From Chrysomallon squamiferum (lineage: Eukaryota; Animalia; Mollusca), in assembly GCA_012295275.1 (NCBI GenBank), contig CM022665.1, positions 2,542,001 to 2,606,000 of the forward strand: 64,000 nucleotides of DNA, written 5' to 3'. The translations under genes and the position numbers were made by a program. This document shows positions 35,101 through 50,100 of this stretch, one piece after another. A model generated the notes under the pieces. That model searched no databases. It had not been told where the DNA came from and saw only the letters and a program-made list of their open reading frames with translations. Every line of letters begins with the position of its first letter. Position 1 is the stretch's first letter.

Positions 35101-38100
35101 TCACGTATGGCTGAAATAGATTTTTAACAGTCATTAATGTCTAAACAAAAATGTAAATGAAATAGGTAGCAATCCTAAATACACATATGATAGTGAATAA
35201 AACAATTAAGATTACTATCATAAATGCACATTTTTTTTTCTTAAATTTAGAAAAACTAAATAATGAATATAAAAATTTAACTGCTAAACAGTATTTCTTT
35301 AGTACACTTCCATAACTAGCAGAGTAGCTACTTACCTCTGGGGATTCTATTGTCAGTCGTTTCAGCCAGGTGTTGAAGTTTGAAGCTGTACACAGCAAAC
35401 CAGGAACATCATCACATGAGTAGGCCAAGGATACAAGGAAAGTCATAGCATAATGAACCACTGAAATGTAAGCACACATTTAAACTGTTAATACACTGTT
35501 AAATAATGATAAGTTTTAAATATTTAACAGAAGTAAGGAAATTAAGTAAATTAACTTTTAAACAAAAACATCTTTTTTTTTAAATCTACATTCCAAAAGT
35601 GCATCTAAAAACAATTTCCTTGAGAGACTAAAAGAAAAAAGAAAGAAAAAAAAAAAAATTCAATTAGGTATTATGTGACCACATTATAAGTTAAATAAAT
35701 TAAATAATAAAAATACCAATTGAAAAAAGATAAAATAATAAAAAATTGTGCAATTGCATTCTCTGAGGGTTTTTTTTTTTTTTTCATTATCTTTTATGTT
35801 CTTTATTAACTTTCTGTTAACATGTTGAAAAGCATGTATGTATAAAGAAAACTATTTAAAAAATTACCTTCAGCCCATCCCCATGATCCAATGTACATCT
35901 GATTAGAATCTCTAAAATTCAAAAGTAAATTAATTATTATCACTGTACATAAACAAAGGTAGGAAAGTTGTTTTTCTTTTTGAATACAGGAAAATATACA
36001 TTCAACACATTGCTTACTGTATGATATGAGAAAAAAGATAAAATATTTATGTATTGTAATGACCTTTCCCATATGAAAAAATAACAAATGAAAAATAACA
36101 TATGCCTCCACGGTTTCCCATTTTAAGTTTAGTTTTTTTTTTTTTTTTTTGAATTATTTTGTCATTTAAAATATTCACTATTAAAATATATCTGAAATAC
36201 TTACTCTGGCAATGCAGCATCATACAATATCTGCATGAGAATCTTCAGGACTGATTCTGTGTTCAGCATATCTACTGTTGACTGAAATAAATTTAAAACC
36301 AAACAAGTAGTTTTAGTTATTAGTAACACAGAAGTAACATGAACTGAAAATATGAAATGGAAATTAAAAGGCATATTTATATTTACATCCATCTCTGCAG
36401 ATATTAATTTACCTGATTCAACCGTGGAATAAGAATCTTTTCTTGGTTGGATTTGGATTTCTTTGATTTCTTCTTGGGACTTTCAAAAATATCATAAGCA
36501 TCCTCAGGTCCTGTTTCTATATCTGCAGGATTCATTGCAAATTTGGTGATGAGCTGAAGTAAGTAGGCTAAACATTCCTGGTTCCACTAAATAAAAAAAT
36601 AAAAAATAATAAAATATATATACTAATAATCATTTAATAATCAGTTTAGTTAAATGTTTATTGCACTGTCATACTCTGCTGTATTGCTGATGTTCAATGT
36701 GGATCCCCTAAATGTGAAGAAAATAAACCTAGTCTGGAAAAATGATCTTCCAGTGTATCTGTTACCTGCATTAAAATGTCAGAAAAAAAAAAAAAGAAAA
36801 AAAGAAAAGGATTATGTGGATGTCATGTATTGCAATTAACAATATCAGGAAATACTTGGAAAGAAATTCTTAATCTTTGGGCATATAACATGGCCATAAC
36901 AAGAAACTTTTGAAAAAAGGCATAAACACATAACTGCAAATATCTGCTCTCATCAAAGGAAATCAAATACTGAGGCCTCCTATACAAAAATCTATAGCAA
37001 TGAAATAATTCTTAACCTAAAATATAAATTTAAAATGTTATTCAATAAATAAAATATCAGATATACTTATTAAACTATTTTACCTGACTCCATTTTCCAT
37101 CTTCCTTTGGTTGTAAAGTCCCAGACATAAAGATTTTCAACAAATGTCTCAAGCCACCCTTCTCAACAAACTGTGCCAAAATAATCAGACATTACAGTTA
37201 TAAATAAAATTATAAAATGAAGTATCCCCACATACAAATAACACACACACAATGATTATTATTATAAATCCACGACTGTTTAAAAATAGTATTTTTAAAA
37301 ATATACGCTCTGTGTATAATATACAACAGAAAAACGGGAAGTAATAATAGTAATTCAGAGAAAAAATTTAAAAATAATAATATTACATTTTGATTCCACA
37401 AATTTTCTGTGGCTTCATCTTCTGAATCTAGGACTGTTGCATCACCACCTCCAGAAAGCATCTGCAAAAAAAAAAAAAAAATGCAACATTCCATGACAAT
37501 CATTTTAATAACATTTCCTAGATTTCGTCAAACTGTCACTTTATATAAATGTAAAATGCCTTAAAAAAAAAAGGCTCCAGAAGTGCAGACATTTCTAAGA
37601 TTTAATTTTGTTCAGACTGTCATATACAGCACTGAATAATAAAATGCAACCACAGGAATGTGGAAGACCAATTTTTGATTCCTTTAATTTCACTCGCTAC
37701 TACATGAAAGTTTTACAACACACAGATGGAAACCTGTTAAAGTGCTGTGGACATTTTATTTTTTCATTTTCTTAAATATATTAAATAAATATAATGCTAT
37801 ATTTTACATTTTAAAAATGTATACTAAAATGTGCATCAAAATAAAAAGAAAATCATAATAACTATAGTTGTAATTCTTTTTCTATGTTTTTATGACTTGC
37901 ATAAAGTGAAAATATCCTTACCAGAGATTTGCGTTTAAGTTTAGCACTGTGAGACATAGATTCTATGATCTGCAAGGAGTAATACAACTTGTGTGGACTT
38001 GACAGAGGCAGCAAGCTGTCCCAGTCTACATTAACAGTACTGTTGTAACTACCATCAGCCTGCTGAAACAAATACAAATTAATGATTCAACCTGATACTG

Positions 38101-41100
38101 TCACAGTGTTAAAAGCAGAAAATGTTTCAATATACATGCATTCTGAGTTAAAAAAAATATTTAAAATTATTGCATTTTAGTAAGAGATGTGTAATATTTA
38201 TGTAAATATTTGAGTAAATTATATTTCTTTAGTCCATTTTTTTTGTTTATATTTGTATGAAAGAACTAACCCTTTTTTTACCCTGCCCTTTTGGTTAAAC
38301 ATTTCTGAAACTTTTTAAAATAATACTGTTTTCTCACCTTTTCTGTTGCAAGACTTTTGAATCCATTCAAGTAATTCTGACAGGTTGGAAGAATCAACAA
38401 CAACTCCCACACATTCCTAGACAGTCTGCGAGCTTCAGCCTGCAAGGCAGCCCTGTCATGGTTTTCCTGATTAAAAACAAAATTTATGTAACCAAACAGG
38501 AATAAATAAAAGAGAAAATCAAAACCAATTATGTGCATCATAACACTAAATAAAATCAAATATAAAAGAATAATGAAAGGAAAAAAAGGACAAGGCTTAC
38601 CATCCCCAAAAACTCAAACTCCCAGTCACCAAGCTGTTGTAGCAACATGAAGAGATTGTCAAAATGTGGTTCTTGCAGAAGGATCATCATGGGAAGTCTT
38701 TCTCTTGGAGGTGATGGAAGACTAGAGGACGGTAATGTCCCATCCAGTTTTCTAGGTTGTCGACTGGCTCCAACTGAAACAAATACAAGCTGTAAATCCT
38801 TGAACTGCATTTCACCAAGTGTCTTCTCATCCATGTCCACAGTCAGTTCCTGACCCTGTGTGATCATCCTGATGGGACCATCTCCAAGCATTGCACCGAG
38901 AATAGGTGACACAAGTCCATGCTTTCCATCAGTCTGCTTGCGCTGCACCTGCTGCTGATGTTGTAGTGTTTCCCACCAACGGGCAACCTCAGCTCGTAAC
39001 TCAGCTACCAGATCAGTTGACATCATATCCAACTGTGTCTGCAAAATACAACAAGTTTACGTGAAACATCTCTGCCTTCATTTAATAATCAAAAGGTTTT
39101 TCTTCAACCTAGTCAACATTAGACTGTTCAATTCATCTTATAAAGTTAAAGTTCATTTATGAATTTATTATTCATTTAAGAACTCAAACATGAGGTTAAT
39201 GAGTATAAACAGAAAAATTTAAATCTTAGTGCTTTTCAATATTAGCACATTAGTTAATTACTGAATGAACTCAAAGATAAACTCTAGCAAATGAAATTTT
39301 AAAATATCAAAATGATTTATTCCTACCTTTTCAGTCATGCCTCCTGGTTGCAGAAGAATTCTAACATTTGCAGAATTTTTTTCCATTCTAAGCTGTTGGT
39401 GACTAATAATTCCACATCCATCAATCTGCCAGTTGCGAAGATGATAGGAATATCTTTTTTTGAACGCTTCAAGGTGGGTTTTCAAAAGGGTCAGTCCACG
39501 TTTGATAATAAGTAAATTTGCACTAGCATCCTGGAAGATAATAATAAAACAAGTTGCAAGAATTATTTTTATAACCACTGTTGAAAAATAAATTTCTGAT
39601 CAGAAGTGAAACAAAAATAGGTAACAAAATACATCTCTAAAATAGCAATGAAAATGATTATTACCACATCTTAAATTTGTAGTTGTTCTTTCTTACTCTG
39701 TGATACTTCTTATTAAATTATGGTGTCTAGATGATCAGGTTAAATATTTTACATTTTTGCCAGTCTTATTAAAGAAAATAATAAAGTTATTTTCCTGTAA
39801 ACTGTAAAAATTGATACAAAGACAGAAATTACTAAATATCTGTAAGTTCATTTTCTATTATAATTCTGAAAAATATGACTCGTATTAATCATGTATTCTA
39901 TCTTAATAGCCCTATTTAAGAAAAACGAAAACGTATATACTATTTTTTCCCCCGCCTTTATAATGAAATGATTTATGTATGAATAAAATCTAAATAAAGA
40001 ATCAATGTTCTTACTTTTTTCATTCCATCCAGTGCAAGTAGTAGATTCTTCATGCATCGTTTTATGAACTCATCTTCTTTATCTAGAAGTCCATTGCCAA
40101 AACTGATGTAATACACATTAAGATACTGTATGGCTGCCATACTGACATCCTTGTCAGTGGCTCTTAATGCAATACTCCACAACTGATCCATTCCACAAAC
40201 CTGAAATAATTAATGTTAATTTGTATTTATCACAAATAATTACCGACTCCAACCGTACTTATGTTTCATTTATTTGTATGTGCTGGGATGAAGTAAGACT
40301 TGATTAGTAGAAGTTTTATACTGAAATAGTTTAAATCAAAATTTAAATGCAAAATCTGATAAATGATTGTGAAAATATATCTGACCTGATCTTCTGACAG
40401 GGGGCTGTCTACAGACGCATTAGCAACTCGTGCTAGCTGTGACAGTTGTTGAAACAGATTGAGTCCAATCATACTCATAGTTTCTGATTTTAACTGAGGC
40501 ATCTGTTAAAAAAAAAAAAAAAAAAAAAAGAGAAAGTGAATACACAAAATCATAGGCACATTAGATCCATTCAAAAATGTTTCAAACCATTCATACAGTC
40601 CTTTTTTCCTGTATACAAAAGCTATGTAAAAGCTGTAATTATAGTCATGTCTTAATTAGCACTTTTATAACAGCCATAAACTCACATTTTATGATGATTT
40701 GTTAGTTCAAGTGATATTACACTATTTTGAAACATTCATTTAATAATTAATATATAATTATTTATGTGTTCTAAATGAAACATTTAAAAGTTTTTAAGTT
40801 AAATGACAAAATACCTTTTCCAAAAAGATATGTTTAAATGTTTCCAGTCCTAGTGCATGATGATCTTTACTTTTTGCTTGATTCAGAAACCAGCTCAGAC
40901 AGTCATCAGAGCATTCTGGATCCAAAGCCAGACAATCCCACAGTTCATCCACTTGTGTCTGGTTTAAACCTGAAATTAAATATTATATTTTCTTCTAATA
41001 TTGTCATTATTTCCAAGTGTAAAGTATCTTCTAATCATATTATGTAACAAATTCAGAATATCGTTAATGCAGTATAAAATTAAAATAATATAAGAAAAGC

Positions 41101-44100
41101 ACTAATTTTCAGTTTGTTAATTTACATACATATTTTTGGGGACACATGGTGCAAAGATATTGTTTATTTTTATTTTCAGTCCACGAAAAAAGTTTAATTT
41201 TTTTTGTAATATAGAAAAAATGTAAATTAATATTCAAGTTAATTTTAAAACTCCTTCTACTGACAAAAAAGATATGTTAGAGAAATCAACACATACGAAA
41301 ACCATCTGGAGACAGTGCTGAGAAAACACAGGTCAGGAACAGAAGACGAACTTGAACTTGTTCCTGGTGGCTGTAACTGGAGAGAGATAAAAAAGAAACA
41401 ATTTTACATACATTAAAGTACTCTATTTGGTATAAATTTACAAGACAGTAGCTTTTTAATTTTACTTTTTTTTTAGTTCTAACTTTAAAAAGCCAAAAAT
41501 AAATAATAAAAATAAGTTCAAAAGAGAGAAAAAACAAAACCTCTCACTACACAGACCAAGTTATTTTTATAATGATAGCATAAACCACTCACAGTGTGTT
41601 TGGCTGATTCTTAGCTGTATTGTTGTAATAAACCAGGTCATGGAAAAAGTGTGTCATCATTCCAAGTTCTTTTTCAGCCCACCTAAATACCAGAAACATT
41701 TCTTTATTTTCAGAGTTTCTCAATAATTAAAAAAAAAAAAATTAAATAATAATAATAATAATAATAAAAAACACATTTTATTGTTTTCTGTTTCACAAAT
41801 CACTAAGGTAATATAATGCATTCCAAAAATTTAAACCTGGAAAATAATAAAGCAACATATTCTATGATTCACAATGCTGTATTTCAGTGTTTCTCACTTG
41901 GTCTCCACAAAAAACCTCCCATTTATACAATCAATGCAAGAAATCATTATATAAACAAAAATAGACAACAAAAAGATGACACATTTATATAATTTGAACT
42001 GAAAACAATTTTAGAGAAATTCAGCCGTGTTATTCTGTTACTATTATACCATAGGGACAAAGAATTAAGAACAGTTGATTTTAAAAGTCATGAATTATAT
42101 TAGACCCATAAGCTGACACATTTATTTACTTCTTACTTAATTCGTTTAATATTTGTATGTCATATTTTTTTGATATAGTAATGTAAAATGTGTATTTTCT
42201 CAAACACAAAAGGTAATGTGTTAATTCTTTAAATTTCAGAAACAGATCAAGTGAAAATGTTTGGCTTGTGATGCTTTCGTAATTTTGAACTTACATTGTA
42301 ATAGTGTGGGTGTCTGCTCCACTTCTGTACTGCTGAAATGAGCTGAATATTTTTGGCAAGAGACGCAGTGAGACAACAACAGATCTGAAAATAAAGTATT
42401 AAGTGACAGTAAGGCAATGAAAACATTCTTATGGATCAATTCTGTAAAAACACCCTTAATTAACATTTCTCTTTTATAAACAACTTCCAGAAATTGGTAC
42501 ACACAAACTCATTCGAATATTTCATAAACTAATCTGAAACTGTTTCATAAACTATCATCATTCTTAACTGACAGCAAGTCTTGTTTCATGATATGATCAC
42601 ATTTGATAAACACTCACCCATAGTAACAGCATTATTTAGTTATTTTGAGGAAAAAGGTAATTTTAACATTTATGACTTCTCATTTCCCTGAATACACTGA
42701 GTATCTGCAAAGTACATTTAAGTATAAAGATGGCATCAGCAAATAAACATTATTTTAAAGTGATCTATTCTGAACTGCATATAATCCTATTTTAATATAA
42801 CTAAAAAAATATGACTGAGATTTTGTACTAGTCTGTTAAGTTTAATAAGAAATTTCAACCTACTTGTGACTAGCAAGATTATCAATGCAGGCAGCAATAA
42901 ACTTTGTCCGTATACGTTTATCAGTTGAGTAGCATACTAAAGTGCACAGAGCTTTCTCTGCTTCTACAGCTAATCCTTCTGGCAGGAGACACTGAAATAA
43001 AACAATATTCTTAAATAACATAAGAAAACTGTTTATATACAAGCAGATCAAAACAGAAAAATATATTAAGAACTAATACAGTAATTGACTTGGAAGAGGT
43101 CCATGCTTGTGACTAACTCTGTCATTCATGTTTTAAGAACTGAATCTAAATCCATGAACAATATCATTCCCTCCCCCCCCCCCCCCAAAAAAAAAAAAGT
43201 TAAATAAATTAACTACTTAAAATAATGATAATAATGTTTAAAAAAAAAGAAGTTAAAACATCTGCCATCAGAAAACCCCAAAACCCTGTCAATGACACAC
43301 TTCTAATATAATAACATAAGTGAATACTGCTACACAGCTAACTTTAATAACCACCAAACAAGAATATCTAAAAGACTGATAGTTTTTGTTGATCTGAAAA
43401 AGCCAACCCAGATATGAGTGATTCACTTGTGAAGTACAGGGCAATAAAGCTGTGATTAAATAATTTTGAGTTAGAGAAATTTGATTGTTAATATTTATTT
43501 AAAAGTCATGAATTCTATTCGGCTTCATGATCAACCTATTTATTCATTTCTTACATAATAATGACCTTTGAATATAAAGAGGACATGAACACTCAGTTTC
43601 TGTAAAAATAATCTGATTGAAATCATCTACTTTTAATAGACTTAATAATCTTCGACAGTGTTCATTTTTTACATGTAAACTGATATATGGATATTGAATA
43701 TTTTGCAATGAACTTTATTATGTATTTGTTCTTAACTATAATATAATATTCTAGTGCACTGATGGCCATTTTAGTGTACATTGATAAGATCATGCTTTCC
43801 TGTTGTTTTAATTCCTAAGTTATTGTCTTTTATTTGAAATGGAACTGAACCACTTACACATGAATAAGATTAAATTCCTGTGGTTTATTCCATGATAATA
43901 ACAGTTAAACTGTAGAATGACAGTTTTAAAAAAAAAAAATTACTAGTTTAAAAAAATAAAAAAATAAATAAATAAAAATTGTTGTAACCTTCTTTTAATT
44001 TTGTTTTTAACCTTTTAACTTTTCTTTATTTTTTTTATTTTTTTAAACTTCTGAAGTTGTATAATACAAAAATAATAAAAATAATGTTTAACAAAATGTA

Positions 44101-47100
44101 ACTGCCTATGGTAGTACATGCTCCTAACAACAAGCAAAATAATTCCTGCTTACTGCAACATTTTCTTGTACAAGATCCCAGAGTAGCGTGTTCCCTTTCT
44201 TACAAACATCATCAAATGTTGAGTCAGGGCAAGTTGACACACCAATTTCTTTCTGAGGTGGCCGATGATGAACAATGCCTTTAAGAAAACCCAAAATAAC
44301 AGTTGTGATCATTTGTAATACAGTTAAATATCAATAATATTTTACAGAATGTTCACATGACATTTTAAAATAAAGAACTATAGCCGCTATGTCTTATTAT
44401 TTACCAAATTCAAAACAAATAACAGTATTTTATGGAAGAAAAAAAAAGAAAGAAAAGAAAAATCATATCAGACAAAACTTTTCTATTCCAGTTTTTTTTA
44501 TTTAAGTGATAATGCTTTTTCTGTTCCTTCAAAACCTATTTGGATGGATTCATCCTGTTTTACATGAAATAAAACAAACTCACAGTGAGGAATGTTCTGG
44601 TACATGTTTAACTGCTGCATCTGCTGACTGTTGTAATGTGCATGAGCATTTATCTGAGCAAGTTCCTCTTCACTCAGACCTTCCTCTCCTTCAAAGTCAG
44701 CCATATTCTTATCAGACTTGGTACTCAAATGGGAACTATGGCAACTGCCATCATCAGGACTAAGAATATCCTCAGCATATTCACTGAAACAAACAATAAT
44801 AATTACTTCATGTCAGAAATATTTCCAGTGTGCATTTGTTGGGTTTTGGAGTTTTTGTAAAAAAGACGATTTGTTTAATTTTGTTGTCATATTTTTTTTT
44901 CATATCAAAAATAATAATAATAATAATAATTATCATCATCACCATCACCATCATCATCATCATTATTATAGTGAAAAACAAATCAAATAAGAGAAGACAT
45001 TATGATAATTTAGATACAAAAAGAAAAGATACCTGTTTACATTTTTCAGTGTGATTTACAACATCAATACCTGTAACTACCAACTTTCAAAAACCTTTTT
45101 GAAGACAACTCTATGATTTCTCATCTTACCTCTGGAACTGCCTGTTTCTGTGAGCTGCCTTCAAATGCTGAACAATAGATGAACAGTCAAATGTTTCTAT
45201 TTCAATTTCCGGCTTTTTAGTTTGATCTTGCTGTTGTCTAGTATGGTCTTCAATCATAGCAGATGTAACCATCACATCAGAATCTAATGATTCCTGAAAT
45301 CAACAAATACTAACATTACCAAAAAAACCCACATTTTCTGCATTTTATTTAACAGTTAAGTTTAAACTTTAGTAACAAACCTGGCTTCTCAGAATAACAT
45401 GCTTTAAGAATTTTGAAGGTTTAGTATTCAACATAAAATTGCTCTTGTCAAACAACTTCCTGAACATCAAAACCCTGCGTACCAGTTACAGATTACTGGT
45501 TTTATGGAAATGGGCACTGATTAATTAAAACACCAAATGGAAGTAAACTGTGATACAGAAATGCAGTGAGTAACAAAGTGATGGTATCTTTTGTGTTTGT
45601 GGGATTTTCATAATTGTGTATTCTTTGCAAAATAAAAATTTTATTACAGGAGATCTTAGCAACAAAATATACTACCCAAATTATATTTTATTGATTGAAT
45701 TTAGTGACTTTCAAACCTATGAAAACTATCAAAAACTCACTTGAGAAGTGTTGCCTACATCAGATACCTTCATTTTTTCCAGATTATCATCTCCCTGGCC
45801 AAGAACTTTCCCTATGTCATCAGAGAATGTTTTATTTGTCTTTGACTGACCACCTTGTTGATGTCTGTCCATTTTGTGCTGTCTCTGTAGTACAAGTTGA
45901 GCTGCATGATGTAGCATATGTTGATGCTGTCGACACTCAAGCTGCTTACGTCTGTTCTTATGAATGATCTCTCGAGCATGACACTGCATTTTTACTTCCT
46001 GAATGAGCTTAGACTCTTCGTCGTCCTCAAACTCAGAGCTGTCTTCACTTTCTCTGTGGCAAGCATGTTTCATTTTCACCAGATGAGCTTCTTTTATCAG
46101 TTCCTCATCTTCAGAATCCAAATACTCAGAATCTTCCTCTTCGTGACTGTGTTCGCAACATTCTTCCATTTCAGAGCTTTCTCCCTCCGATTCCTCTTGT
46201 CCAGTGACCCTTTTCTTCTTCATTCCTTTACGTGCATTAATGTGCTTACAGGCAACAATGCTTTTGACTGGTTCGTGTTCCTCACTTGATTCGCTGCACT
46301 CAACATCACTGTCACTCGCAGCACCATGCAAGCCTGGATGATGCACATGAGTCAGCTTTATCTGATGTAATCTTTTCAGCTGTTTATTTGCGACCAGTTG
46401 TTCATCAATCTCAGATTCTTCACTGAAATCAGAGCATATTCCCAGACTGCTCTCTGAACCTCCATGAATATGTTTGGGATGATGGCGATGACAACACTGG
46501 TGTATATGGCTGCCACCTTTACCAACGTCAGCAGTTTTGATTATAGAATTGTCAGACTTTAAAAAAAACAAAATAAATAAATAAATAAAATTAGAAAAAA
46601 AAGAAAGAGAATTAAAAATGAATGTTCATTAATGCTCAAGTACCAAACTGTTGGAAAGAGAGAATTTACAATTGATACAACATGACTGTTTTAGAAGCAT
46701 GAAAGCATCATACTGAGAACAGAAATTATTTTAATTATGATATACAAAAGCACACAGTATTTAATAACAGAATATCCATACATACAGGCTTCTGGACATG
46801 CATACACAAACGCTACAAAATAAAGTACCTGTTTGTTATTTTCTCCCTCTGATTCATGAATACTTTCACTGCTACTGATATCATGCTTTCCTGGTTGACC
46901 CAGACCAGCTGCAAAAGACAGAAACTTTAACAGCATCTCAAAAAAACCCATTTTAAATGAAAAAAAAAACATTTTGAGAAGTAAAAATATTTCCTTCGCA
47001 GGACACTTGAATTTGACTTTGAAAATGTTTCTCTGAATATAACATGTATGAGGCAATGTTTGTTAGTTGTTTGCACATATGTTTGATATCAAACACCAGT

Positions 47101-50100
47101 ACAGTGTACTTAGATAAAATTCCATTCTGAATTATTACGATTTTAAACAGAAAACGCTGAATTAGACGAACTACCTATTTCCATTTCTTCATCTTCTTGT
47201 CTGATAGCTGTGTAAGCCTGTAAATGAGTGGGGATGTTCTGTTCTATAGCTGCAACGTGGTGATGAGATGAACCACATGTGTTCCAGATTCTTTTGATCA
47301 GTGCAGAAGCAAGATAGAGAGTCTGAGAAAAAAAATCACAGTTCATGTTACTGTCTTGTACTAACAACAGAAAAGCAACTTAAGTTCAGATAATGGTATT
47401 ACGATAAATTTCAAGTAAACTTTACACAATTTTATATACTATTCCTTTACTGGGCATAATTATATCTAAACTCAAGTTATAATTTGTATAATACTTTTTA
47501 CGTAATTACTTACTGATTCAGTATGGGCAGAAGGCTCAAGACTTGACACCAGTTTAAGTAAATGCTGAACTGGAGGAAGTTCTAAATGTTTGATCAGTGG
47601 AATCAAAATGTCATATACTTGTTTGCCACAGTACTTCAGCTGTAAAGAGAGAAAAAAAGAAAATAAAATAATTTTTAAACTAATGTTTTTTATACAGTAA
47701 AATATTTTTAAGATGATTTTAATTTTTTTTATTTTTTTTTTTTTTATAAAATTAAGATTTTTGTCAGCTATTCCAACAACACACATGACAAATACAAAAC
47801 TACAAATGTCCTTCTTTTGACCTATTAAAATAGTTTGCAAAAAAAAAAAAAAAAAAAAACAATGTGAGTAAAAACATTTTTGAATTGTATTTTCATGTAG
47901 AGACAGAAAATAATGGCTATTTTATGCAAAGACAATTAACTTTAAGGTACAAAAAATAAAAAATACCACTGACCTGACTAGCTGCCCATATACAATCCAG
48001 ATGTTCATTGGTGATTCTGTTCTCAACAGCCAGGAAATTCAAAATCATCTGATTTTGTTTTATCAACTAAAGTTTAAAGAAAAATAATAATAGTTTGATA
48101 ACATATCTGTGACATTGATGAGATGTATTAGTTATAACAAGAATGTTAAAAACAGTTTTCAATCTGCAAATTTGTTGCTATAACTGGTAATTATTTTTTT
48201 ACACAAATAAATCAACCTGAAGCTTACCTCTGCATGAAGATTTGGTCCAAAGATATGTTCTATTATTTTTTTGTCTATGAGCCATTGTGCAATTTCATTG
48301 CCAATCCTGGATAAAATAAAGATTAAATTATTAACTGTCTTCAATGTATTTTGGGGACAGTGTTCAAGTTTATAATGTATTCTAACAAAAGATCAATTTT
48401 GTTCAGCTTGATAGGTTGCAAGGTACAACAATGACAGTAGTATGGAACAGACATTTTAAGTGCCTTACATATTTACTCATATATACACTATTTTATTTAA
48501 CTATCATTTTCATAAATCACGTAACAGTGTTTATTGTAACGTAAATGTCATGACAGCCTGATATTAGTTTATTTAGTGGAAGAAAATTACCAATGACATT
48601 TGCCTGCTACTTTTAGCCAACTGAAAAGAATATTTTGAACTTGATTCTATCAACTGCTTCCCAGCAGCCATATTGATAATGACATGTAAAAATGAACCAA
48701 AAGTAATGCTAAGAACTAATCAAAATGTGTCTAAGAACACTAGATATACATAATGGCTGTGCCAAAGGATATTGTATTGATAGGTAAATACGTGAAATAA
48801 GCAACTAGTTTACATTTTATATGGATCATTTTTGTGGGAGATAACAGAAAGAATGCATTTTTTTTATCATCAATTTGCTGATGATACTGAGTATTTTAGA
48901 GGGCCTTAAAATTATGCAGGTAAACTTTAAAAAAATAAATAAATAAATAAATAAAATGAGGAAAGGAAAATAAAGAAAAATAAAAGGAATACCCACTTTT
49001 CAGCATCAACCAAGGTCTCATTATTGCAGCTTTCATTATAAAGAGTTATTTGATTCTGTAAAGGAAAAGAAATGTAGTTATAAAATATTTTCTGTTTTGC
49101 ATTTTTAATGTACATATGCAAAATCTTTGAACAGCTGGCTTATATTAATTACTGAAAATATGATTTTTTAATTTACTCAAACATTATACTGATACAAACT
49201 AAAAGAACTTTTTTCTTTTCACAGCATAAACATAAAAATAATAATAACAAACGTAAGTTCTGAATCATGAATATTCCATACTGAATCAGAAATTCACTAA
49301 TATATTAAAAAAAAATTAAATTTAAAAATAAAATGAGTATGATGTGAAGATGCTTACATTTAATTGAGCAATTCCTGCCAGGCGAATAGTCAAGGTTGAA
49401 CAAGTGAAGTATTTGAAGGCCAGTTCTAGCCCCTCTTTATCAAATGTGAAATGAGTATCAAGTGGTTCTTTTACTGCTGCCCACATCAAGTCTGTCATAC
49501 TGCGACTTCCTGCCATTCGCAGGTCCTTGTCCGACAAGTTGCACATATATCTGAAATTCAATTTAAAAAATAAAGAAACAAAGAAATAACGCATAGAGGG
49601 AAGTGGGACATAAAACATAACTGATTTTTTTAAAAGGCAAATTAGACGGTCAACATATAACAATAATTCCAAATTAATGTCTTCTTTTTATTTTCTCCAG
49701 ATCAACCTCTACTAATGATTAAAGGAAAATAATATTAATAAAAAATTAAAAAAAAAAGATCTACAAAAGACAGTTCACAAACAAACACAGAAATCATAAT
49801 TATAAGCTAAGAACATTTTGGGTGATTTTTTTTCCACCTCATTTTTTTCAGTTTACAATGCTGCAGGAACGTAACTGCTATAATTGATGTGTAACAACAG
49901 TACAAAAAAAAATACATGGTAGGAGAGATACAGGGTTACCATTCAAAATACATTTAAAATGATCTCATGGTGTAAAATAAATCTAATTTTGCAAGAACTG
50001 AATATAAAACCAAAATCATTTACCTGATAACTGATGTTCTCAGTGGAATAATACACTGCATGATTGTTGGGATATTCATCCAAAGGCGAAGCTAAAATAA

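Noticed and set aside
36729-36765. Possible 37-nt poison exon in a USP34 intron (GCAG|...|GTTTAT)
   Set aside because: Weak donor and poor pyrimidine tract; expected by chance.
44931-44963. CAT/CAC poly-His-coding run in the intron at the position where human USP34 has its poly-His tract
   Set aside because: It reads His only on the + strand, antisense to USP34, has no splice sites and is part of a compound microsatellite. Coincidence.
45695-46289. Antisense ORFs of 90 and 123 aa over the large USP34 exon
   Set aside because: Complement of GAA-rich coding sequence, giving Phe/Leu-rich noise.
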